From: a virus
Lineage: Duplodnaviria > Caudoviricetes
Virus record (IMG/VR): IMGVR_UViG_3300033076_000611
Span: 1 to 24,915 of that record
Strand: one strand, 5' to 3'
Length of the DNA: 24,915 nucleotides
Shown here: piece by piece, positions 16,150 to 23,687 of the stretch
How the letters are laid out: each line of letters begins with the position of its first letter
Numbering within the stretch: the first letter of the stretch is position 1
The notes under the pieces: generated by a model
The model's input: the letters and a program-made list of their open reading frames with translations, nothing else
Database searches by the model: none
What the model was told of the DNA's origin: nothing
Made by a program: the position numbers and the translations under genes

Positions 16150-16343
16150 AGGAAATCATTGAATGGCACCCGGCAAGCGAGCCGCCGGATAACGATAGGT
16201 CAGTGCTTGCGAAAACCAACAGGCATGGGCCAGCGTGCATCGCTGTATTTTCGCACGACACATGGTCCATTCACGCTAGGTCGCAGGTTACCGTCTACGA
16301 CGTTACGCACTGGGCCGAAGTTCCGAGAGGGCCGAAGCCATGA
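16146..16343 (+). CDS. DUF551-like protein
   Basis: IEWHPASEPPDNDRSVL...VTHWAEVPRGP; GTGA overlap. Confidence 0.72.
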   Translation: MKEIIEWHPASEPPDNDRSVLAKTNRHGPACIAVFSHDTWSIHARSQVTVYDVTHWAEVPRGPKP

Positions 16344-16747
16344 GTAGCGTTGAGAAGCTATTAGACCTTGCTGAGGATTGGGCGGATTCGGCGCGGCGCT
16401 ATGGCGTTTGCGCGGATACGGACAAGGCTTACGACCGTTTGAAGGACGCCCTCACTACCACCCTTGAAGCCCAGGATGCGCGGATTGCGGAGCTTGAAGG
16501 GCTGAATCGTGCGCTAGAGAAACTCCGTCAAAGCAAGTGCGACGCAATCGACAAGCTGATGGAGGAACTTGAAACGCGCCCCGCAAACGACGACCGCCGC
16601 CGCTTCGTAAATGAACATGCCAAGCAGTTGTTTGACGAGCGCATCACCAAATTCCCAATCGGGATGGATTGCGCGCCATTGGCGAAGTGGAGTCACGACG
16701 CCGCAGAAGCGCTTGCCACCGAGCGGGACAGGAGGATGCAGCCATGA
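16340..16747 (+). CDS. Hypothetical coiled-coil protein
   Basis: ATGA overlap; heptad pattern QDARIAELEGLNRALEKL. Confidence 0.7.
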   Translation: MSSVEKLLDLAEDWADSARRYGVCADTDKAYDRLKDALTTTLEAQDARIAELEGLNRALEKLRQSKCDAIDKLMEELETRPANDDRRRFVNEHAKQLFDERITKFPIGMDCAPLAKWSHDAAEALATERDRRMQP

Positions 16748-17076
16748 CCCGCGCCGAACGGATTGAGGCTTCAGCTAGGCGCTCCACTATTGCACTGGCG
16801 GCGATTCTGGAAGGTGAGCCAAGGAAGTCAGTTTTGCCGCGCATTCAAGATATTCAAACGTCTCTACTTGAAGCCCTCGCCCTCCCGCCCGACCCGGTGC
16901 CGACATGCACATGGATTCAAGACGGTGAATACGGCGACACATGGGCCACGCAATGCGGAAAGATTTGGACGTTCATCGAAGGCTCACCGTCTGAAAACAG
17001 CACCAAGTTTTGCCACAACTGCGGACGCCCGTGCGTCGAGTCATTTCACGAGGAGGTGCCGAATGGCCCTGCTTGA
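16744..17076 (+). CDS. Hypothetical protein with C-terminal Zn ribbon
   Basis: ATGA overlap; CTW...WATQCG...KFCHNCGRP. Confidence 0.7.
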   Translation: MTRAERIEASARRSTIALAAILEGEPRKSVLPRIQDIQTSLLEALALPPDPVPTCTWIQDGEYGDTWATQCGKIWTFIEGSPSENSTKFCHNCGRPCVESFHEEVPNGPA

Positions 17077-17623
17077 AGCCGCGAAGGCGGTTGTTGAACG
17101 GTGGGACACCCCAAGCTGGAAATGGGAAATCCACACCGCCGAGTTTATCCAAGCCCTGCGCGCCGCCATCGCCGCCGAGGAAGCCAAGACCGAAGACGGC
17201 GCGCACTCCTGCGGCTACCACTGCCAACGCCCGGCCTGCGTGTTGGCGCAGCGGGACGAACTTCGCGCCAAGCTGGCGGCGACGGAGAGCGCGGAGCCGG
17301 TGGCGTGGATGGTCGATGTGTCCTGCGTGGCAACGAATCTGTACTTGACTGAGGCAGACGCCGACGACGCCCTCCGCAGGGATGAGAAATGGCGCGCCGA
17401 AAACCCAGGCACAACCGATAAGCCGTGGGCGAAGTTCCCGCTCTATACCCACCCCTCGCTGCCGGCCTACACGCCGATGACGGATGATGAATTTGCGGAG
17501 GCTGAAATGGCAGCTTTAAATGCCTGGACGCCTTCTCGTGAATGCCCATTTGAGGAATGGTTTGGCGTTATTCGCAGGGGTATCGAACGCGCCGTGCTGG
17601 CGAGGCTGGGGGTGACGCAATGA
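17063..17623 (+). CDS. Hypothetical mosaic early protein (Ea/Eaa-like)
   Basis: GAGGAGG Shine-Dalgarno before ATG 17063; AEPVAW...PLYTHP module common in lambdoid early genes; HSCGYHCQRPAC motif. Confidence 0.72.
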   Translation: MALLEAAKAVVERWDTPSWKWEIHTAEFIQALRAAIAAEEAKTEDGAHSCGYHCQRPACVLAQRDELRAKLAATESAEPVAWMVDVSCVATNLYLTEADADDALRRDEKWRAENPGTTDKPWAKFPLYTHPSLPAYTPMTDDEFAEAEMAALNAWTPSRECPFEEWFGVIRRGIERAVLARLGVTQ

Positions 17624-17727
17624 ACTGGATCTCATTGGCCTGCTTGGTCGGAGGCTTTTCGGTTGGCTTCATGGCCGGAATTTTTTTGGTAGTAGCGACG
17701 GCGAACCGGACGGGAGGTTTGCGATGA
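17620..17727 (+). CDS. 35-aa membrane micro-protein
   Basis: MNWISLACLVGGFSVGFMAGIFLVVATANRTGGLR; ATGA overlaps at both ends. Confidence 0.62.
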   Translation: MNWISLACLVGGFSVGFMAGIFLVVATANRTGGLR

Positions 17728-18149
17728 CCGCTGAACTCAAGCCCGCGCCGTGTCCGTCATTGCTGGAGGCCGTTGCGGCTTACCAATATCCGACGATGCA
17801 TGGCGCAACTGAGGACGATTGCCTTGCGTGCAAGTTGTTTGACGCCCTGCAATCCGCCGCCATGAACACGCTGGCCGAGATTGACGCCCTGCGCGCCGAG
17901 CTTGCAGCGGCTCGCGCTGAGTTGTCGAACACCGTCGACGCGCTCAAGCGGATGTCGTCTGAACGCGAGCATTACCGCGCCGAGCTTGCAGCGGAGCGGG
18001 CGAGGTTGGAGTGGTGTATTGGCACAATGATTTCCAAGTGCGGTCAATTTTTGTGGCTTGATGGAGTTGAAGGCGTGCATATCGGAGAGTGTGAAACGGC
18101 CCGCGATGTCATCGACCGGCTGATTGGGGAGGCTGGCGATGCGGGTTAG
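17724..18149 (+). CDS. Hypothetical coiled-coil protein (Ead/Ea22-like)
   Basis: GGAGG Shine-Dalgarno; LAEIDALRAELAAARAEL...ERARLEW. Confidence 0.7.
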   Translation: MTAELKPAPCPSLLEAVAAYQYPTMHGATEDDCLACKLFDALQSAAMNTLAEIDALRAELAAARAELSNTVDALKRMSSEREHYRAELAAERARLEWCIGTMISKCGQFLWLDGVEGVHIGECETARDVIDRLIGEAGDAG

Positions 18150-18294
18150 CAGCAGGCGGCGGCGCATTCGGTCGGTGTGGAGGCCGACTTTTGTCGAAAT
18201 GGTTCAGCGCACGTTTCGCAAATTCAGCGGCAGGATTATTGCCAACGTCACGACGCATAACCCGCTATTCCGGCGACTGGCTGGCCTTGCATGA
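18139..18294 (+). CDS. 51-aa Arg-rich micro-protein
   Basis: GGGGAGG Shine-Dalgarno 6 nt upstream; stop overlaps the xis ATG; MRVSSRRRRIRSVWRPTFVEMVQRTFRKFSGRIIANVTTHNPLFRRLAGLA. Confidence 0.68.
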   Translation: MRVSSRRRRIRSVWRPTFVEMVQRTFRKFSGRIIANVTTHNPLFRRLAGLA

Positions 18295-18656
18295 ACCTCC
18301 TCACCGCCGCCCAAGTCGCCCAGCGCTGGCAGTGTTCCGCCAGGACCGTCCACCGCCTCGTGGCCGAAGGCCGGCTGGCGGCGGTACAGTTGGGGTCGGG
18401 GCCAAAATCCCGGCGCTTCGACCCCACCGAACTTGACCGCTATCTTGAATCGCAGAGGCAGACGCCATGCCCATCCGAAAGCGCGGCGACCGCTGGCAGG
18501 TCGACGTACAAGCCCGTGGAATCCGTACTCGCTGCACTGTTGGCACCAAGGCGCTCGCCATCGAGACTGAAAGGAAGCTGCGAGAGGACGCCGAACGTCA
18601 GGCCGCAGGACTCCAGCCGCGTCGTCAGCTTGCGGACGCGCTCGCCGAATACTTGA
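18291..18656 (+). CDS. xis: Excisionase (HTH_17-type)
   Basis: LLTAAQVAQRWQCSARTVHRLVAEGRLAAVQLG...RRFDPTELDRYL; directly upstream of and overlapping int. Confidence 0.85.
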   Translation: MNLLTAAQVAQRWQCSARTVHRLVAEGRLAAVQLGSGPKSRRFDPTELDRYLESQRQTPCPSESAATAGRSTYKPVESVLAALLAPRRSPSRLKGSCERTPNVRPQDSSRVVSLRTRSPNT

Positions 18657-19411
18657 CGACCCACGCCCCGGCGCTCAAGTCGCACAGCAGCACGTTGAGC
18701 AAGGCGCGTCTCATAGAACCGCACCTGTACCGCCCGCTGGACCGCATTGCGGACGCCGCCAGCGCCATCATCAAGGCGGGCGCGGGGCTGACGCCCGCCA
18801 CCATCAACCGACGCTTGGCGTTGCTCCGCAGGCTCGGCAACCTCGCGCATCAGTGGGGATGGTCGGACACCGCGCTGGGGAGCCGCGTCAGGCTGCTGCA
18901 GGAGCGGCAGGACCGGCACATCTACCTGACGCCTGACCAAGTGCTTGCTCTTGTTGCTGCGTGCCCCACAGAGGCTGTGCGTGACGCTGTGTGGCTTGCG
19001 GCCTGCACTGGCCTGCGCCGGTCGGAACTGCTCGCCCTGCGCAAGCAGGATTGGCGTGGCGGGGCGTTGTGGCTGGCTACCAGCAAGTCAGGCAGACCGC
19101 GCCTGGTGCCGGTGCCGCAGGACGCCTTTGATGTGTGCGAGCGGCTCCCGCTGGCGCTGACCGCCAACTACCTGCGCCGGGGCTTTGAGCAGGCCAGAGA
19201 GGCCGCAGGGCTGGCGCATGTGCGGTTCCACGACCTGCGGCACTCCTACGCTTCGCTGGCCATCGCGGCGGGGGTCGATTTGCGCGTCCTCAAAGAACTG
19301 ATGGGGCATTCGACTATGCAGATGACCTCAAGGTATGCGCATCTGCAAGACGCGCAGCTGCAGGACGCCGCCCAGAAGATGGCGTCACACAGGCGTCACA
19401 GCCCCAAATAG
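18467..19411 (+). CDS. int: Tyrosine integrase
   Basis: Catalytic set TGLRRSEL, SKSG, FHDLRH, MGHS and SRYAH. Confidence 0.96.
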   Translation: MPIRKRGDRWQVDVQARGIRTRCTVGTKALAIETERKLREDAERQAAGLQPRRQLADALAEYLTTHAPALKSHSSTLSKARLIEPHLYRPLDRIADAASAIIKAGAGLTPATINRRLALLRRLGNLAHQWGWSDTALGSRVRLLQERQDRHIYLTPDQVLALVAACPTEAVRDAVWLAACTGLRRSELLALRKQDWRGGALWLATSKSGRPRLVPVPQDAFDVCERLPLALTANYLRRGFEQAREAAGLAHVRFHDLRHSYASLAIAAGVDLRVLKELMGHSTMQMTSRYAHLQDAQLQDAAQKMASHRRHSPK

Positions 19412-19606
19412 ACAGCGCCGAGGATTCCGCCGCAAACGCCTGATTTTATTATGGTACCCGGAGCCGGAATCGAACCGGCATGACCATAGGCCGAGGGATT
19501 TTAAGTCCCGCCCGGAATCCGACTGCGTGCAAAATCAGCGGGTTATGGTGCGCCGAAGTGACCAAAAAGGCCCGATTTGACTGTGCCGCGTCACAGGGGC
19601 GTCACA
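19382..19606. other. attP region with paired Int arm-type repeats and IHF-like sites
   Basis: GCGTCACA at 19382, 19393, 19588 and 19599 (two pairs, 11-bp period) flank the core. WATCARNNNNTTR-like sites lie near 19434-19447 (minus) and 19533-19545. Confidence 0.78.
19452..19509 (-). other. attP core: 3' half of tRNA-Leu(TAA), not a complete tRNA gene
   Basis: Minus strand GGGA-CTTAAAA-TCCC anticodon arm, long variable arm, GCCGG-TTCGATT-CCGGC T arm and CCGGGTACCA end; no D arm or 5' acceptor strand upstream. Confidence 0.92.
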
Positions 19607-19652
19607 AGGATTACGGGTATTGCATAATTGAGAAACAGAACGCGGAGGTGTT

Positions 19653-19937
19653 ATGAGGTTTAGAAAAAAGCCTGTCGTTATTGAAGCAACGCAATGGCTA
19701 AAAAAGGGCGACCATCCGGCAGTAGTAGAGGCTTGGTTTGATGACCTTGGCGGCGTTCGTTGGCGCGAAGGAGACCCTCGTGAAATCAACGTCTACGGCT
19801 GCCGCAAAGGATGGTGGATTCGCACGCTTGAAGGCGGCCATGAGGTGACGCCGGAGGACTGGATTATCACTGGTATTGATGGCGAGCATTACCCGTGCAA
19901 GCCGAAGATTTTTGAAAAAACCTATGAGCCAATCTAG
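19653..19937 (+). CDS. Conserved phage hypothetical protein (RKKPVVIEA / PGDYG-like family)
   Basis: GGAGGT Shine-Dalgarno; MRFRKKPVVIEATQW...IRTLEG...DWIITGIDGEHYPCKPKIFEKTYE. Confidence 0.85.
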   Translation: MRFRKKPVVIEATQWLKKGDHPAVVEAWFDDLGGVRWREGDPREINVYGCRKGWWIRTLEGGHEVTPEDWIITGIDGEHYPCKPKIFEKTYEPI

Positions 19938-20134
19938 CCCGCCACAGTCCTCAGCCCATCAGGAATCGCGCCGCAATTGATGCATTCGCACGCGCCGTCC
20001 GCGTAGAGCCGCCACAAGCCGCAGCCGCAGTCACACATATAGAGCAGGACCGCGCCGTCGTCCGGCGGCTCGGGGTCTTTGCCTTTCTTCCGGGGCTTGC
20101 CCCGCTCGGCGTTCAAATCAATGACGCCGGTCAC
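19934..20134 (-). CDS. Small Zn-binding hypothetical protein
   Basis: CDCGC...CECINCG; GTGA overlap with the phosphoesterase. Confidence 0.68.
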   Translation of the reverse strand: MTGVIDLNAERGKPRKKGKDPEPPDDGAVLLYMCDCGCGLWRLYADGACECINCGAIPDGLRTVAG

Positions 20135-21090
20135 GCCGGCAGAACCTTGCCGCGCCGCCTGATTTCGCGTCGGGAACAGTCCACCAGTTCACAGTGAACC
20201 TCGTCCGTCACCAGCAACTCGGCAAAGCCAGGGCACCAGTTCACGGGGGTGTTGTCGGTGTAGGTGAACTGCGGCCCTCGCGGGTCGCCCAGCATCCCGG
20301 TCTCGATGCCGTAGCGGACGCCGTTATAGTCGCCCCACCTGACCATTGCCAGCCGGTGGGTGTCGCCAGTGACCAGCGTGCCGCCAGAGCGCAGGACGTT
20401 GTTGTAGGCCGCGTGGATGCCACCATGCCAGCGGTGCTTGAGCCAACAAGCGCCTTCGTTGATGTCCATGCTGACAGTGAACTCCCACGCCGGGAACCTG
20501 TCCTCGAACGTGAGCATTTCGCCCAGCTCGGGCGCGTTGTTGGCGATGTAGCGCCACATGCGGATGTCGTGATTGCCAAAAATCCAGACAAGCCTGACAT
20601 CCGCGTTGCGCTTCCGGGCCAGCTTGGCAACCTCGGCAACGCGCACCTGCGCTTCGGCAATCTCGTCTTGCAAACGAGGCGGCGGGATGCTCATTCCCGG
20701 CCCGTGGCGCGATACCTGGGGCTGGTCGGTAACGTCGCCGTTCAGCACGATAACGTCGAAGGTTTCGGTTTTGAGGACATGGAAAAACGCGGTTTCGGCG
20801 CGGCTGCGGTAGCCGGGCCAGATGTGCCAGTCGGAGCCGACCAGCACGCGGCAGCTTGGGATTTCAAGGGAAAGGTGGTCAAGGCGGGGGTGTAGGGCGT
20901 TGCGCTTGTCGCGTGAGACGGGAAGTTCAATGCCGAGCGCGGCCTGCGCCCGGTCGCGCCACACATAAGCGCTGCGCTCGCTCACTCCTAGAGCGGCGGC
21001 TATTTTGGCGACGGGTTGGTTGCGGGACACCATGTCCATCCAAACGGTGGCAAGGTGATTGTGGTCAGCGAGAGTGCGCGGCGTTGGCAT
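20131..21090 (-). CDS. Calcineurin-like metallophosphoesterase with N-terminal HTH
   Basis: SDWH, NGDVTD, GNHD, KH and GDTH motifs; N-terminal IAAALGVSERSAYVWR. Confidence 0.88.
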   Translation of the reverse strand: MPTPRTLADHNHLATVWMDMVSRNQPVAKIAAALGVSERSAYVWRDRAQAALGIELPVSRDKRNALHPRLDHLSLEIPSCRVLVGSDWHIWPGYRSRAETAFFHVLKTETFDVIVLNGDVTDQPQVSRHGPGMSIPPPRLQDEIAEAQVRVAEVAKLARKRNADVRLVWIFGNHDIRMWRYIANNAPELGEMLTFEDRFPAWEFTVSMDINEGACWLKHRWHGGIHAAYNNVLRSGGTLVTGDTHRLAMVRWGDYNGVRYGIETGMLGDPRGPQFTYTDNTPVNWCPGFAELLVTDEVHCELVDCSRREIRRRGKVLPA

Positions 21091-21117
21091 GCAGCCTCCG
21101 TCGTGTGGGGAATCTTG

Positions 21118-21651
21118 TCAGGCGGTGCCTTTGGCTTTAATGGCTTCCGCAATGGTGGCGTTTTTCGCCGCTGACTGGCTGGTGCTGCCGAAGTAGTAGT
21201 TGAGCACCTGGGATAACGCCAGTGTCAGCGAGCCGAACATCGACCACAGGATTTGCTGGTCGCCGGAAAGCGGCGGGCCATTCATCAGGCGCTCCATGGC
21301 GACGCCGTAGCCAACAACAATCAGTCCCGCAAGCAACCGAGGCGTCCAATCTTTGCTTTCGACCTCGCGCTTGCGAGCAGAGTCGCGGTCTGCGGCGGCG
21401 ATTTGTTCGCGCTGCACGCCGGCTGCTTCCAATGACTTGGCAAGGTCGGCTTCAACCTCTTTGAGCTTTACAAGGTCGGCGGGCGCAAGCGCGGCCACTG
21501 CCGCGCCCACTTCGTCCTCGGTAGCGTCCGGCTTACCGAGCAACTTGTCGCCCAGCGCTTTTACAGCAACGCCGGCCAGCGGACCGCCAAACAAAGTGGC
21601 AACGCTTGGGGCAACTGCGGCGACCACGTCTTTCCAGCTTGTGCTTGCCAT
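21118..21651 (-). CDS. Holin-like membrane protein (3TM/GTA holin-like)
   Basis: VAPSVATLFGGPLAG, DRDSARKRE, two C-terminal hydrophobic helices and VLNYYFGST; adjacent to the lysozyme. Confidence 0.72.
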   Translation of the reverse strand: MASTSWKDVVAAVAPSVATLFGGPLAGVAVKALGDKLLGKPDATEDEVGAAVAALAPADLVKLKEVEADLAKSLEAAGVQREQIAAADRDSARKREVESKDWTPRLLAGLIVVGYGVAMERLMNGPPLSGDQQILWSMFGSLTLALSQVLNYYFGSTSQSAAKNATIAEAIKAKGTA

Positions 21652-22106
21652 TACGCAACCTCCTTGCCCATAAACATCAGCGCCTCTTCCGTCCTGCGCC
21701 GCGTCAGCCCGGCCAGCGGCTTTCCGCCGGACTTGTTCCAGCGCTCGAACTCAGCAGCTGCGCCTGCGTAGTCGCCAGCGTTCAGCTTTGCGCGCAAGGT
21801 GGAGTGCTGCAGGGCCGGTGCGCCCAAGTTCCATGTGAAACTGACCAGCGCGTCGAACTGGCCCTGAGTCAGCGGAACGTCGATTAGCTCCTCAACGTCC
21901 TGCTCGTAGTCGGCCAGCAGAATGTCCAGCAGCGGCTCGGCCTCGGCCTCGGTCAGCGGCGGGTCGGTCATGGCGATGCGCCTGCCGTTGGGGTAGCGCG
22001 TGAAGCCCCAGCCAATTGTCGGCACGCCCGCCGGGCACAGATAAGGCGTCGCGCTGAAACCCTCGAAGCGCTTGATAAGCGCCTTGCCGGCTTCGGAGGT
22101 CTTCAC
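21651..22106 (-). CDS. Endolysin, GH24 lysozyme
   Basis: E-x8-C-x5-T catalytic pattern (EGFSATPYLCPAGVPTIGWG), QFDALVSFTWNLG and GLTRRRTEE. Confidence 0.95.
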   Translation of the reverse strand: MKTSEAGKALIKRFEGFSATPYLCPAGVPTIGWGFTRYPNGRRIAMTDPPLTEAEAEPLLDILLADYEQDVEELIDVPLTQGQFDALVSFTWNLGAPALQHSTLRAKLNAGDYAGAAAEFERWNKSGGKPLAGLTRRRTEEALMFMGKEVA

Positions 22107-22321
22107 TTATCCCACCAGTGATATGCCGACAGCAGCACGCCGGCAGCCGTCGCCAGCGCCGCCGCCCATTTCACGAACCCAACCATGCCCGAGGCCGTGC
22201 GCCACGCCTCAAGAAGGCCGGCGATGTCGGCGCGCAGCGCGGTGATGTCGGCCTTCAGCTCGTCAACGTCGCGCTTGAGCATGGCGTGCGAGACAGCTTG
22301 GTCTTCGTGGTGGTCGCTCAC
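22103..22321 (-). CDS. Small coiled-coil plus single-TM protein (holin or antiholin candidate)
   Basis: Short heptad stretch followed by a C-terminal hydrophobic helix; directly upstream of the endolysin. Confidence 0.68.
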   Translation of the reverse strand: MSDHHEDQAVSHAMLKRDVDELKADITALRADIAGLLEAWRTASGMVGFVKWAAALATAAGVLLSAYHWWDK

Positions 22322-23532
22322 GGGATAGTCCCCGAGGCCGTCCAGTGGGCGTGGATGATGTCAAGCGCGGTTTGCGATGCATTCATTGTCGGGTAGCCGG
22401 TAGTTCGTGGCGACTCAGCCGTGGTGCCTGTCGTCGGAACATCTGCGGCGGTCGTGGTGTCTCGGACGTTGCTTGAAGCGTTCAGGGTGGCTGACGAGTA
22501 CCAGACCATGCTGGGCGTCCGGAACATTGTCACCGGCAGCGAGGTATTGAGGCCGGTGGGCGATGCCGTGCCGGTCGGGATGCGGTCAATGCTGACGCCC
22601 GAGGTAACCACGGTGCCCGGCGCAGTCCCCGGCGCGTAGCTCTTGGCATAGAACCGCTGGCACCGCTGCAACTCGTCAGCGTAGCCGCGCCGCTCGAAGG
22701 CGCTGGCCGAGGAGCCAAGTTCAAGCTGGACATTGCCGATTGTCCACGTCGCCGCCGCTGCGAGCGCGCCAATGCTGAACACGATTTCCAAGCCCTGATT
22801 GGCGCTGCTGCTCAGGGTCAGGGTGGTGGTGAACCGGGTCACGGTCGATGTAGCGGTAAAGGTGCCGGTCGCCTCGCTGGTGCGCGTGCCGCCCGGAGGT
22901 GCCGCAGTCCCGAAGGTGTTCGCGGTGGCGCTGGGCCGGTAGATCGTCCAAGTCACCGTGCCGCCTGCGCTCATGGCAAGGTCGACGCCAAGGGTGACGG
23001 TCTGGCTCACTAAGTCGTAAGTGTCGGCCTGCTCAATCTTCTGCCCGAAGCCCACCGCCGTGACGCTGGCGGCGCCCGTGAACTGATAGCGGTACTGGTC
23101 GCGCCCACTGCCCGCAACCCGCGCCCCGGTGCAATTCGCGCCCGTGACCCAGCCGTACCACTGGTCAACGCCGTATTGGATGGTGGAGCCGTTCGTGTAG
23201 GTCAGCGACGCGCCTTCGTTGCGCTGGTCGATGACCATGCCGCCATTGATGACGCGATTGGAGGACTTGCGGTCGGCGCTGATAAGGCCCTGCACCTGCC
23301 CATAGTTGATGGAGTCCGTCGAGGACGACCCATTGCCGAGGTTCGTAATCTTGAAGCCGCCGAACGGGATATTGGCAGTCGGCACGCCCTGACCGTCGCG
23401 GGTCATGCTGCCGGTTAGCGCCGTGGCAAGGTCATTCGTCAGGGTGTTGAACGTCGAGGAGGAGATGGTGGAGCCTGTGACCACCGGCTGACCTGTCGGT
23501 AAAACGTAATTGCCGCTGCCGTCTCTCGCCAT
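22318..23532 (-). CDS. Tail fibre / receptor-binding protein
   Basis: Podoviral anchor MARDGSGNYVLPTGQPVVTGSTISS...; NRVINGGMVIDQR...VQLELGSSASAFERR...ELQRCQRFY carbohydrate-binding-like module; AGGAG Shine-Dalgarno. Confidence 0.85.
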   Translation of the reverse strand: MARDGSGNYVLPTGQPVVTGSTISSSTFNTLTNDLATALTGSMTRDGQGVPTANIPFGGFKITNLGNGSSSTDSINYGQVQGLISADRKSSNRVINGGMVIDQRNEGASLTYTNGSTIQYGVDQWYGWVTGANCTGARVAGSGRDQYRYQFTGAASVTAVGFGQKIEQADTYDLVSQTVTLGVDLAMSAGGTVTWTIYRPSATANTFGTAAPPGGTRTSEATGTFTATSTVTRFTTTLTLSSSANQGLEIVFSIGALAAAATWTIGNVQLELGSSASAFERRGYADELQRCQRFYAKSYAPGTAPGTVVTSGVSIDRIPTGTASPTGLNTSLPVTMFRTPSMVWYSSATLNASSNVRDTTTAADVPTTGTTAESPRTTGYPTMNASQTALDIIHAHWTASGTIP

Positions 23533-23558
23533 GAGGCTGCTCCTGTGCTATGAAACGC

Positions 23559-23580
23559 AAAAAGCCCGCTGGTGCGGGCT
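23559..23580 (-). terminator. Intrinsic terminator between the ejection-protein gene and the tail fibre
   Basis: Minus strand AGCCCGC-ACCA-GCGGGCT followed by TTTT. Confidence 0.7.
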
Positions 23581-23591
23581 GGGGTGGTTCG

Positions 23592-23687
23592 ATGACCGGC
23601 AATACTTGGCTGGATTTTCAGCTTGTGAAGCTAGTCGTCTTCATGGTGGTCGCTTTTATTGCTGGCTTCCTTGGGCTGCTAAAGTAG
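23592..23687 (+). CDS. 31-aa single-TM micro-protein, antisense to the late operon
   Basis: MTGNTWLDFQLVKLVVFMVVAFIAGFLGLLK; GGGGTGG just upstream; overlaps the 3' end of the ejection gene. Confidence 0.6.
   Translation: MTGNTWLDFQLVKLVVFMVVAFIAGFLGLLK

Noticed and set aside
16763-17062. Upstream extension of the 17063-17623 gene
   Set aside because: It overlaps a better ORF (16744-17076), and a strong Shine-Dalgarno precedes ATG 17063.
19452-19540. Complete tRNA-Leu gene
   Set aside because: Only the anticodon arm to CCA is present; no D arm or 5' acceptor strand.
19581-19596. LexA-box pattern CTGT-N8-ACAG upstream of the 19653 gene
   Set aside because: The spacer GCCGCGTC is GC-rich, unlike real SOS boxes, and the ACAG half is explained by the Int arm repeat.
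22318-23532. Diversity-generating retroelement target in the tail fibre
   Set aside because: No reverse transcriptase and no adenine-variable TR/VR repeat pair seen in the window.
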